64,000 nt of DNA from Zancudomyces culisetae HAW-14-8 (lineage: Eukaryota > Fungi > Kickxellomycota): the NCBI GenBank assembly GCA_052426225.1, contig JBNJNM010000013.1, forward strand, positions 186,001 through 250,000, in the 5' to 3' direction. The notes beneath the pieces are model-generated. The model searched no databases, had not been told where the DNA came from, and was given only the letters and a program-made list of their open reading frames with translations. The position numbers and the translations under genes were made by a program. Below, piece after piece: positions 9,923 to 21,721 of this stretch. Every line of letters starts with the position of its first letter. The stretch's first letter is position 1.

Positions 9923-10004
9923 GTCACTTTGGCGGAGTGGTTAACGCGGTGGCCTGCTAAGCCATTTCCCTTTGGGAGCGTAGGTTCGAATCCTGCAGGT
10001 GACG
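9923..10004 (+). tRNA. tRNA-Ser(GCT)
   Basis: Acceptor stem GTCACTT/AGGTGAC, A box TGGCGGAGTGG, anticodon arm GTGGC-CT-GCT-AA-GCCAT, long variable arm, B box GGTTCGAATCC, G73 discriminator, followed by a TTTTT Pol III terminator. Confidence 0.96.
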
Positions 10005-10829
10005 CTTTTTGTTGTTATCTAACAATTATATTTTATATTTAATGACTATTTCTCTTGGTTTATGTTTTTGCGCTATAAAACCACCATACATACATTAGGT
10101 TTTTTTATTACTTTTTTTCAAATGTGTAGTATAGTTATTCTTAGATATCGCGACAATAAACAATGTTAATCTCGCCTCATTTTTCATAAAATGGATCTTC
10201 ACTTGGTAGTTCAACACATGTATATCCATATTAATATAATATTTCAAATTGTTTTAACAGCGTTATAAGCAGTTACCATACAATAGATTTGAACTATTAT
10301 ATTATTATTTTAGAAATCCACTAATGATTATGAGGATATATTATTTCTAGCTATTAAACCGACCATCCTGTCATTTCTATATTATAGATTTTACAAACCA
10401 TTCATTTGACTATTACCTGCTAAAAGCTATGTAGAGCTGTATTTTTATCTAGAATCAAGCAGAATGCACTAATACATATATTTAGTAGTAGTTGCTCCAC
10501 ATATGCAAACCTACAAACTGAATGGCATATCAGTGCCACTTTAACTAGATCCCAGACACACTTATATTTGCCCTCGTTTTCCTCCAGCTAAACAAGATCC
10601 ATACTCTGGGGTCCCGACTACAACACTCGCATACATTCTTTTTTTTTGCTCATCATTATGCCATATGCGTGTATCCACCAAGTTTTGAATGAGCTGAGAA
10701 TTGCTTCATTTTTTTTTTCAACCACAAAATTAAACAAAAAATTTTTTTTTGTTATTGATTTGCATATTTTGCTAAAAAAAGCAGTTTTATGAAAAGAACA
10801 AGTGTCGATTCAAGATACCTATTAATAAA

Positions 10830-12230
10830 ATGACTCAAACCAAGGACAAAGCAATGAACACCCTTGCAAAGCATTTGGGCGTCAAGATAGCAGAGCTATC
10901 ACCAAAGCGATGCATAGAGGCTGTAAGAAGGATTACTATTTTTGCATTTTTGTAAAAAAAAATATAAAAAAAGATAATATATTAAACCAGCCATTAAATG
11001 TATATTGACATTTGAATTGTGTTATTTGTAGTTGAATGGAATAATGTCTAAAACCGATTCTTTGAGCTCAGGCGAATCCGATTCTACCAAACAACAGGTA
11101 CTCTTTCATTCTCTACAAATACTTTTTTTGTAAGATTTTAATTTTGAATTCCAAGAAGAATGAGATTTTGAATTGAAACAAATGATTAAACAAGTAGATT
11201 AATTCCTGGGTGGTTAAAGCCGGTGGAGATAAATCTAAAGATTCTCTAAAGCCATTGATTGAGGTAAGCTTTGGATTTCTGTTTATTTTTTGAGCAAATA
11301 TCAAGTATTTCATTTGAGTCGTGCTTTAATAATGGCTGGGCTGACAAGTACTAAAATCACAGTCGTTGTATATAGGAACTAAACGAACACATGAAGGATA
11401 AAACCTACCTTGTTGGAGAAGAAATGACAGTAGCAGACTTGGTAATGATCAATAAAGTCAGCGGATATATGAAAGAATTATCAAAGGAAGAAAGATGGTC
11501 AAAGAACAACTTTAGTAGATGGTATGATTTGATCCAAAACAGTACCGATCAGGAGATATTAAGTGGTTTGGGAGTGGAAAAAATAAAACTAGCACAACCA
11601 ACTCAAAAATCCGCCTCTACAGCGAACCCAAAGGCATCTGGCGAGCCTAAGGAGAAGAAAAAGAAGGAAGAGAAGCCCAAAAAAGAAAAGGCTGCTAAAG
11701 AGGCTGCAGTGACTGTTATTACACCAGCAATGATAGATATCCGTGTAGGAATAATCGTATCAGCAGAAAAGCATCCAGACGCCGACAGCTTGTATGTAGA
11801 GCAAATCGATGTTGGTGAAGAACAACCACGAACCGTGGTATCAGGGCTGGTGAAGTATATGACGCTTGATGAGCTCATTGGAAGAAAGATACTGGTTGTA
11901 TGCAATTTGAAACCCGCATCAATGAGGGGAGTAAAATCTTTTGCAATGGTACTTTGTACAAGTAAGGATGATAAGGTCGAATTTGTTGAACCACATCTCA
12001 CCTCAGTTCCTGGAGATAGAGCATACTTTGAAGGATTCAGCGGAATTGCACCTGAGCCATTGTTAAATCCAAAGAAAAAAATATGGGAAACTATTCAACC
12101 AGGGCTGTTTACAAACGGATCCGGTGAAGCTGGTTGGTATGATGCAGACAAGAAATTCCATAAACTTTGTGTTGGTTCAGATGGGTTTGTGTGTAAATCC
12201 AAATCAATCACTGATGGCATCATGAAATAA
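10830..12230 (+). CDS. ARC1: tRNA-aminoacylation cofactor Arc1/AIMP1-like (GST-like + EMAPII OB fold), 4 exons
   Basis: Exons about 10830-10922, 11032-11097, 11198-11263, 11376-12230. Motifs TYLVG..TVAD, RWYDLIQ, DIRVG..EKHPDADSLY, RTVVSGL, CNLKPASMRGVKSFAMVL, LNPKKKIWE. Confidence 0.92.
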
Positions 12231-12761
12231 GCCTTTTTTTTTTCAGACACACAGCATATTTTCAACGCAGAAAGACGACATCTCACTTTTGTGAGAGGTT
12301 GTTTATATTTTCTTTGTTGGTGACCGACTAGTTTGGTTGCCATTTCCTAGGGTTCTTGGTTTACTTGAAAAAATAAAGAATATTGAAGCTCAATACGTGT
12401 AAATATCGCTACATGTACATATTCATAACTCTGGAAATTTAGATTGATTGAGAAATATTTTTTTCAGCAAACCTCCTACGATTTGTGCTACAAAGACGAA
12501 TAAATATGTGTACTAAACTGGGATTTCAAAAACTCATCCTTGGTAGGCCTAAATATGTTGATGTGAAAACCCCACTGATCACATTTGGCAAAGTAATACG
12601 CTGAAAATGGCTTTCAGCCAACTTTGCAAAACGCTTTATCTTTAACTTGGTCTGAATGAATCTTGTGTTTCAAATGATAAAAGTATGTTTATAATACGGA
12701 TTGATAATTTAGGAGAAAAAAATAGTGTAAATAATTTCTTTCTGAAGCATCTTAATACGAA

Positions 12762-14706
12762 TCAAAGTGGATAATACACTACAGCTCCAGATCCCGGCTT
12801 GGTTGCAAATATCGAGTGGTTCAACTGTTTCTCACTCAGCTCTGGAAAATATTTATGGTAGTATTCGTTCTTGACCTGTGATATAAACTCTTCAGTCTTA
12901 TCTGCTGCTACCAACGAGATTGTGCAACCTCCCCATCCCGCTCCCGTTAATCTCGATCCAAATGCTCCGTTTTTCCTACATTTTAATATTTATCGTTAAC
13001 TCGATATTCATCCAGCAATCAATATTAAATAGTAAATAGTAAATACTCAAATATTTATCAATAAATATAAGTATATCATGTATTTGCTAGCCTATGCAAT
13101 TCCCAAAAACATCAACAGTCATTTACTACATACCTTGCAATTCCACATAATGTATTCAACTCCTCGCAGCTGCAATTGAATAGCCCATCGCAACTCTCTT
13201 GACTCTCGTTCATTAACTCTCCCAATCTCTGGATTGTTGGCCCGTTATTATCACCACCGTTCTCACATATTTGTCTAAACTTAACCACTCTCAATGCCTC
13301 TGAATACACATGCAATGTTCGGTTATAAAGCTGTAAACTTTCTGCTATTACTGGGAATCTGTCTGTTTGAACCTTGATTTTCAGTTCCTCAACCGTCATT
13401 CCCAAGTACTCGGCACATTGTTCCCATGTAAACCCAGCTTGGTTTTTTCCAAAGAATGCTTTGGATATATCCACCATTTTTCCAAGTTTTCTACACCACA
13501 CCTCTGTTTCTCCGCACTGTTTTATCTCTGCGTCCTCATTAAGGTGCATATCCATTACTATTTTCATTGTTAGTGGATTCGCAATATTCATGAAATCTTG
13601 AATTTGCAAGTGCTTTGCCAGCATCAATGCAGCAATTCTTGTTTCAACAACTCTGAGGTTGTAACAAACCGGTGCAGTGTCCTTCTTGTTGGATGTAACT
13701 AGTGTGTTTGCAATCACAAATGCGATTTGAGGGTCAGTTTTGGGAAACTTCACATCAGTAACCGCCGTCTTTGGGTGAAACTCTATGAACAATGCACTCG
13801 AATTTTTCGCCATTATACTACACGTCTGGTCCATACCACCTCCATTCACACCAACGTACCTCTCAGCTTTAACTGCACACTCTACAATTTCGCTCTGTGT
13901 CAATTTTGTGTCATTAACAAGCGAGAACGTCATTGCTGAACAACAGACCAGCGCGGACGAGCTTGATAACCCAGACCCTGTTGGAAGATTTCCGCCTAAC
14001 AAACAGTTCATTCCTCTAACTGCTGGTTCGTTTGTCGCCTCATACGCACCCTGTAATAATAGATAAATACATATTTAAATTCACATTTACATATATATAC
14101 ATATACATTCATCATCTGTATTGTATCGGGCCAAATCAAACCAAATTCACTCTCTTACCCTATATCCACACTTGAAATAATTTCCCCAGAAATGATTGCT
14201 GGTGTCTATCTCTACTGTTTCCCCTTGGGTGTGTGTAAACGTAAATGGCTTATACGCCCCTGAATTCTCGTTATTCACTTGGATCGTGTTATCATTTCTT
14301 CTAGTCACTGCAACAAGAATATCTGGTTCAATCGCCATCGGAAGGACTGGCATTCCACAGTAGTCAATGTGTTCACCTATAATGTTAACTCTTCCTGGCG
14401 CTCTTACAATAAACTCTGGGTCTTGGTTGTACAAGCTTTTAAATTTATTTATGAACTCCTGATAGCGTTTCCTAAAAACATTTCGGTTAGTATTTATTTT
14501 AGTTTTGAGTTATCCATCATGTATGATGATATTCGCAAATACGTCCCTGTACGTTTATTTCCATGCTTGGTTTTGCGTATATTTATTTGTAATTTCTTTA
14601 TTATGTCTACTGGAATCTCAGCTAGTTTTCAGGTCACTTACTCGTTTATCTCGTTATCACAGCCATATATTTGGCTTACAGCAGAGACTATTGGTATACT
14701 TCCCAT
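12762..14706 (-). CDS. GAL1: Galactokinase, 4 exons
   Basis: RAPGRVNIIGEHIDY, PTGSGLSSSSA, GGMDQ, YNLRVVE, and last-exon GAFGSRLTGAGWGGC; ATG at 14706, TGA at 12762-12764. Confidence 0.95.
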
Positions 14707-16527
14707 GTTGATTATTTTTTTCTCTATTTTATCTGTTTTGCAGGGAGGGAAAGAGTGAGTACTCGAGAGGGTTTATAGTTTCTAAGTATAGAATAATTAT
14801 GGTTTTGCTTTTGGTAAGAAATAATAATATATCGAATTTTAGCAGGAGTAGATACGAACAGGTTATTTTGAGATTATTTATATCCGAGAATTGACCATAA
14901 AATCGATTTTTATCAAAACTAGCTTTTTTTTTTGTTGTGAAAAGAAATTCAGGGGATAATTGAATGGCTTAAGCTTTCAGAACTAATTTTGCAATTAAAA
15001 AGGTACTGTAAAAGAAAATAAAGAAAAAAGAAAATAGTGAAATAAGCCCAATCCTGATGTAAAATGCTGATATCATATATATGAAACCATTTTTTTTTTG
15101 GTTGGGATCAGATGTTGAATTTTGTACATCAAAAATAACTTTAAATCAGAATTATTACACCCTCTTGCTTTCCCCCTTTTTTTAATGAATTTAGATCGTA
15201 TGACTGCTTCAAATTTCAAACCATCTCAATACCACTTTAACCCTTTCACTAAAAAAAAAATAAAAACAAAAAGCACCTTACATAACCAGGAGATCTGGAG
15301 TTGATCCTGTCCACATATTTTACTTGATAATATTGTAATTGTCTGACCATAGCCAATAGTGCACACTTTGAACTATCATTTTGTTATTTTGTAATTAAAG
15401 GTCTAATTAGCTTCGTTTTACCTTTGGCTTTTCTTTCCTCTTGATCCTTTCAATAGACCGATTGGGCTAAATGGTTTTTTCATAAGCTTTGTTTTTTTAA
15501 TTCCCATCACTGGTTTCAACCATCTATTTTCGATATGATGAGAAGCTAGTTAATAAAATGCACAGCCACAAATCTCTGGTCAAAAGCCCTCTATTCAGCA
15601 TACCCACACCCCTTTTCAAAACCAACTCTATCAACCTATTCACAGAGATATTGAAACCTTCGGGTATTGACGTATTTTTCTAGTGAATTCCGGACTTTAT
15701 CCTGGAACTATATAATTCTTCTTGCTGGTAACACAAATAGTTAGATGTGAACTTTGGTTGAGTGGGAATAAGAATTTACTTGTTTGTGTATCAATAACGA
15801 CTGGTACTTCTTCATCTTCAGATATAAAACATTTAATTGATTTTTTAGTGCTGTTATGAAGCATTTGGTTATGACTCGGTATAGAATATAGCATTGCCGA
15901 CAAGGTTATTCCTGCTTCCACTTTGCTTTTTTATATTTTGGTTAGCGACCAGGTCTAATCTGTTTAGGGATAACAGTGTCACACCCATAAAGACGAGCAA
16001 TATTATGCTGGATATCACAAGTACTACAAAAATGTCGCTCAATCTATACGGCTTACGCTTATTCTATGCAAACCTATGGTTTCCTATAATCGTCAAATAG
16101 TCCGGCTCCATTGCAACACATGTACTTTTCTTTGTATTAACTACGTTTACAATGATTATGCCTGGACTAAAAGTAGCATACGCAGAAAAAAAAACACATG
16201 GTCGTTCATGACCTCGCTATCTATTATTCTTGTCAAAACTTGTTTATGGTTGTGAACAACTAGCTCTTTCAAAAGCTATTTCACCTATACTATTGGTTAA
16301 TACTGGAGACAAATTCAAGTGATATTCTTGAAAATGTATGTTGGTTTATAGGCTGGGTTTTGATGGACGAATCAACTATCTTTTCTGCTCAGACATTTTT
16401 TTTTCTGGCTGATAGTTGAATTAGAAATTTTTTTTATCAAAAACAATGTATTTTAATTTTTATACTGAAATAGGTGTAGAGACAAATATACAAACAAATA
16501 CATATAACAGTAATCGTCGATTGAACA

Positions 16528-17282
16528 ATGAGGGCCTGTCGAACTATACTACAAGCTGTTGTCAAAGTAAGTATGTCTATCAATTATTATTGCTAAATTT
16601 CGATGGCGGTTTCTCACTTTTTTTTGTGCTACAATGAGAGCAAAAGTAGCTGGAATTGAACAGGATTAAAAGTTTTGCGGCAGATTAAATGCCATCTTTT
16701 GCGAAGAAGATTCAAAACTGGAAAAATATCAAATTCTTGACATGCTTTATCTTGCTACTTGCATTGTTGCACTTTGAATGTGTTTATTTGATAACATTAC
16801 TCGCCTAAAGAAAATTCGCATAAAATACGAATTCTCTTATCGATTTAAACATAAACTATTGATTTCTCTATAATACGATAGTATAAAAACAGAACTCTTG
16901 AGATAAGTGTACTAACTATAATTTCAATATATTTAACAAATAGAAAACTACAGGATTGCATGGAATTCCAGTAAATGCAAACCCAAAGCCCGAGCTAATT
17001 AAACTTTATGAATCAATCTTGAGCGAACTAAAAGAAAAGATTCCAACTCACGCAGTTTATAGGCAATCTGTAGAATCAATCACCAAACATAACTTGGAAA
17101 TTGTCAAGGCAAATGAAGACGTGGCAAGCATAGAAGAAAAGATCGGAAATGGACAGATTGAAGAATTGATAATTGCTGCCAAAGAGGAATTGAGCCTGCT
17201 AAATAAAGTTGCGGAATGGAAAGTTTGGGAAAAGTTGGCAGAAGAACCACTTCCAGATCAATGGCAATACTTGAAAAAATAA
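16528..17282 (+). CDS. NDUFA5: Complex I accessory subunit NDUFA5 (B13/NUFM), 2 exons
   Basis: Exon 1 MRACRTILQAVVK (16528-16566), intron to 16943 with TACTAAC branch point, then KTTGLHGI...YRQSVE...GQIEELI...WKVWEKL...DQW. Confidence 0.92.
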
Positions 17283-17407
17283 ATATTATCACACATTGCT
17301 TTTCTTCTTATTCATTTAATCACCATTTTATTGGTAAATAAAGAAAAAATGACATATTTATTAACTAAAAAAGAAAAAGTAAAGGAAAAAAAAAAGAGCT
17401 AACTGCT

Positions 17408-20400
17408 TCAGAGAGGAGTACCCCAACCACCAGCACCTGGTGTTTTGATAACAATACGGTCGCCTGGTTTGACGAATACGGAGGCTTTAGACCCCAAATA
17501 CCAGGTCAAGTATCCAGCATATTCGTTGGCATCAGAGTATTCGGAATAGAGGTACTGTGAGTTGGCATCTGAGGGCTGAGAATCAGAACCAGAATCAGAG
17601 TCAGTATTCTCGGCCTTTGAGAGCCACAGATTTTGACCAGGTTGGCCGCCTTCTCCTCCCTCTAGACCATATGGGCTAAACACACGTCGTTCGGTAAGCA
17701 AAGAGACTTGGAGTGGAGACAGGAACTCGAGATCACGGATAACACCGTTTCCACCAGGATGTTGACCGCGGCCTCCAGAGTTTTCGCGAATGGAGAATGT
17801 GCGCAGTATGACGGGATAACGTCTCTCCAGAATTTCAGGATCAGTTATCCGGGTGTTGGTCATGTGAGTGTGGACACCACTCTCACCGTCCCAGGTGGGA
17901 CCAGCACCATGGCCACCAGCGATAGTTTCGTAGTATCCCCAACCCTTCAGCGCCTTTCCCTCATCGCCACTTGCGACTGTTGTTGGCGATGCACCAAAAG
18001 TGAAGTTGTTCATGCATCCCTGACTGGCGGCACAAGCCTTGAAGCACTTGAATATAACATCAACTACACGCTGGGAAGTCAAAACATTTCCTCCTACAAC
18101 GGCGGCTGTAAGACCAGGGTTCAGAATGGAGTGAGATGGAATTACAGTAGTGATAGGAACCAAACAACCCTGATTCAAGGGCAAGTCAGATGGAATCATA
18201 CTTCGCAGAGCATACAGAATGGCTGAGTGAGTGACAGCTACGGGAGCATTTGTATTTCCGTAAACTTGGTTTGAGGAATTTGAGAAATCAAAGACAGCAG
18301 AGTAGTTATCTTCCTTGTTGATTTTGACAGACAAACAAATCTTTGATCCATCATCCATATAATCTTCCGCCAAAAGCTCGCCACCTTGTGATTGTGTGTG
18401 GTATACACTTGACAAAAGGTTTCTGACAGCCAATTCTGCTGTGAGCTGAATCTTGTCCATATAGTATTGCACTGTTTTGATGGAGTACTCGTCAATAAGC
18501 TTGTTCACCAATGATATACCGCGCTGGTTGGCCGCAATTTGTGCCTTCAGATCAGACAATACATCACTTACTCTTCTTGATCCCTCACATCCTTCATACT
18601 GCGCTGGAATTTCTACAAGTAGTTTATCCAATTCATCCTGACAAAACACACCATTGTTAACAATTTTGAAACTCAAAATGGCTGCACCTTCTTCGTAGAG
18701 GTGTTTGGAGTTTGGTGGCATACTGCCTGGTGCTATTCCTCCTATATCTGCATGATGTCCTCTTGACGCCACATAAAACAGAATCTCCTTTCTTCCATCT
18801 TGCGAAAACACTGGTGTTATAATAGTAATATCTGGCAAGTGTGTTCCACCAGCTGCTGGATGGTTTGTACAGATCACATCCCCTTCTCTCAGACCCTCAG
18901 GATGGTTTTTGTGATAATTGATTTGGAATTTTACTGCATTAGACATACTTCCCAAATGTACTGGAATATGTGGTGCATTTGCAACTAGCTGACCTTTTGA
19001 ATCAAATAGCGCACATGAGAAATCCAACCTCTCCTTGATGTTTGTGCTAATACTTGTCTTTTGCAGCGTGTTACCCATCTGCTCTGCTATTGACATAAAT
19101 CTGTGCAAAAACACTGACATTTGTGCTGGACTTTCCAAATCTTGAATTTCCTTACCCTCCTTGCTAGTTCCTTTTTCCTTGTCAAACACAAGAACCACTT
19201 GTGATTCTGACACCAATGCATTCCAGTTAGGCTCTACTACTATTGTGTTATTATTATCCAAAATAATTGCAGGTCCCTTGATTTCATCACCGTCTTCCAA
19301 GTCTTCCAAGCCATAAACCTCTGTCTTTTGGTATCCCTTGTCAAAGTACACATCTGCTGTCTTTCTGTGTGCCTTTGAAGTTTTACTATCAACTCTCTTG
19401 ATTCTGTTTTCTCTCCTCATTGTTTCAATCTCATCATATATCTTTCCGCTCTTCATCTTTGTGAACTGTCCTGTTGCTCTGACTCTTATGTCATCAACAA
19501 TAACCTGTGCCTCTTCAAGAATGAATCCAAACTCACGCTTGTGACTTTTCTTGAATGCCTCCAAGTACCCGATCCTTAATGCCTCCATATCAGTAGAGTT
19601 TGGCACCTGAACATTTTGTGCATTTGCTGCCTTCTCCTGAATCATCAATGCTGTGTCAGTTCCCTCATATCTCAAATGAAGCATAACCTCTGTATCAATT
19701 TGTCCCTTTTCTTTTGAAAATTCTTGGCTCTCCAAGGCGCTCTCGCACTTTTGTTTGAGATCTGCAACCTTCTCATATATTGCCTCCATTGTTTCGCCAT
19801 CATCCAATACCTGTGCTGATGGTATTTGTTGCTCTTCAACCACTTTGGCCAATGATATTCCATATGCAGACAAGATCGATGCGTTTTTGTGCACAAATAC
19901 ATGGCTGATTCCCAACTTTTCCGCAACACTACATGCGTGCTGTGGTCCTGCTCCACCGAATGCAGCCAAAGCGTGACTGCTAGTCTCAAAGCCTCTGGCC
20001 TCTGTCAACTTTCTGATTGGACGACACATCGCCTCGCATGCAACATCAATAAAGCCCAATGCTGCCTCCTGCACGGTCATTTTCTGTGCACTTGCAGCCC
20101 CACTTCTTGCTTTGTTGTTGTTGATTTCGTCTACGAGTTCACTAAACAGCTTCTGTGATTCCTCGATTCCCAACCCCTCATCCTCATTTTCACCAAACAC
20201 TTTGGGGAAATATTCTATCTGCAGTCTTCCTAGTACCAAGTTTGCATCAGTAATTGTTAGTGGACCCTTCTTTCTGTAGCATGCTGGACCTGGGTTTGCA
20301 CCTGCACTCTCTGGACCGACAAGGAATAGACCATTCTTATAAAACAATCTTGACCCTCCCCCAGCAGCTACTGTCATGATGTCCAGTTGTGGAGCTAGAA

Positions 20401-21721
20401 TATGAACACCTGCAGTAGTGGTCTCAAACACATGTTCCAGCTCACCACTGTATCTGCTTACGTCAGTACTTGTTCCACCAATATCTAATCCTATCACTGC
20501 CTTATCTGCTACCTCATTATATGTGGTCTCACCGTAACCAACCACACCTCCTGCCGGTCCTGAAAGTACTGCTTTCAGCCCTGTAAACCTGTCCACGGGT
20601 GCAAGCCCACCATCAGACTGCATAAATTCCACTCTCACCTTTTTTTCGTCTTTTATTCCATCATCAAACCCTTTCTGAAATCCTTTTATGTATCCTTTAA
20701 TGGCCGGTGAAAGGTATCCATCTGCAACGGCAGAGTGTCCACGTGGAACTGCTTTTATCATTGCCATAACCTTGTTTGAAAGACTTGCATGCTTAAATCC
20801 TATCTTCAGTGCCAACTCTCCAACTAGGTTTTCATGCTCTGGGTATGTATAAGAATGCAAAAAGCACACTGCAACACTTCGTATCCCATCTTCATATGCC
20901 TCTCTGAGTTGCTGTTCAACCTGCTTAAGATCCAAGCGTTTCAGTATTCTCACATACTCTTGTGACACCCCCTTCACTACCTCACCTTCCTGAATTTCTG
21001 TTTCTAGGCTCTGTTCATCTGAATAAACACCTCTAGGGTTCATTTGATATCCTGCAAGTGTTACACGTTCTTCTACCTCAATCACTCTATCATATAGTAT
21101 CTCAGGTCTCTTTATTGACAAGTCAAATAGGTTTGGTCTAGCTTGGTTTCCTATTTGAAGCAAATCTTTAAAGCCCTTTGTAACCAAAAATACTGTTCGC
21201 TCTCCCTTCCTTTCCAACAGCGCATTTGTTGCCACAGTTGTTCCCATTCGAACGTTTCCTATTATTTTTTTTCATTTTTTCAAAGGTTAAATCGTGGTTA
21301 TTTATGCACACATATATTTCCACTTAATGGGAAACTATACTTTGTTACAAATATAAATGTTTATCTGCTCTCCTGTATAAAGTTCCCCTATAACAGGTTT
21401 ATTTCAAAAGAATAAAAACATTCATATACACATACCTAGATTGCTTGTATCCAATAGTGTGTTTCTTGGATGTGGTATCCCAGTGGCGATTTCGAGGATT
21501 CGTCTTATTCCCTCCTGTGGTGCATCTGGGTAATGTGTTGGATCCTCTGACAATAATTTAATGACTACGCTTTCTAGTCTTTCATGAGTAACACCATTCT
21601 CATCTTTAACGAGGACTGGGTAAACTCCATAACAGTCAGTAAATGTACCTCCTCTGTCTATGGATACATTGATTTTTCCTTGCCCCAAGAAAGATTTGTC
21701 TAATGTTGGTCTGGCTTTCAT
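17408..21721 (-). CDS. OXP1: ATP-dependent 5-oxoprolinase, 2 exons
   Basis: [62 protein letters not shown]; in-frame intron 21435..21259. Confidence 0.97.

Noticed and set aside
12762-14706. Possible GAL gene cluster
   Set aside because: No GAL7 or GAL10 nearby; GAL1 stands alone.
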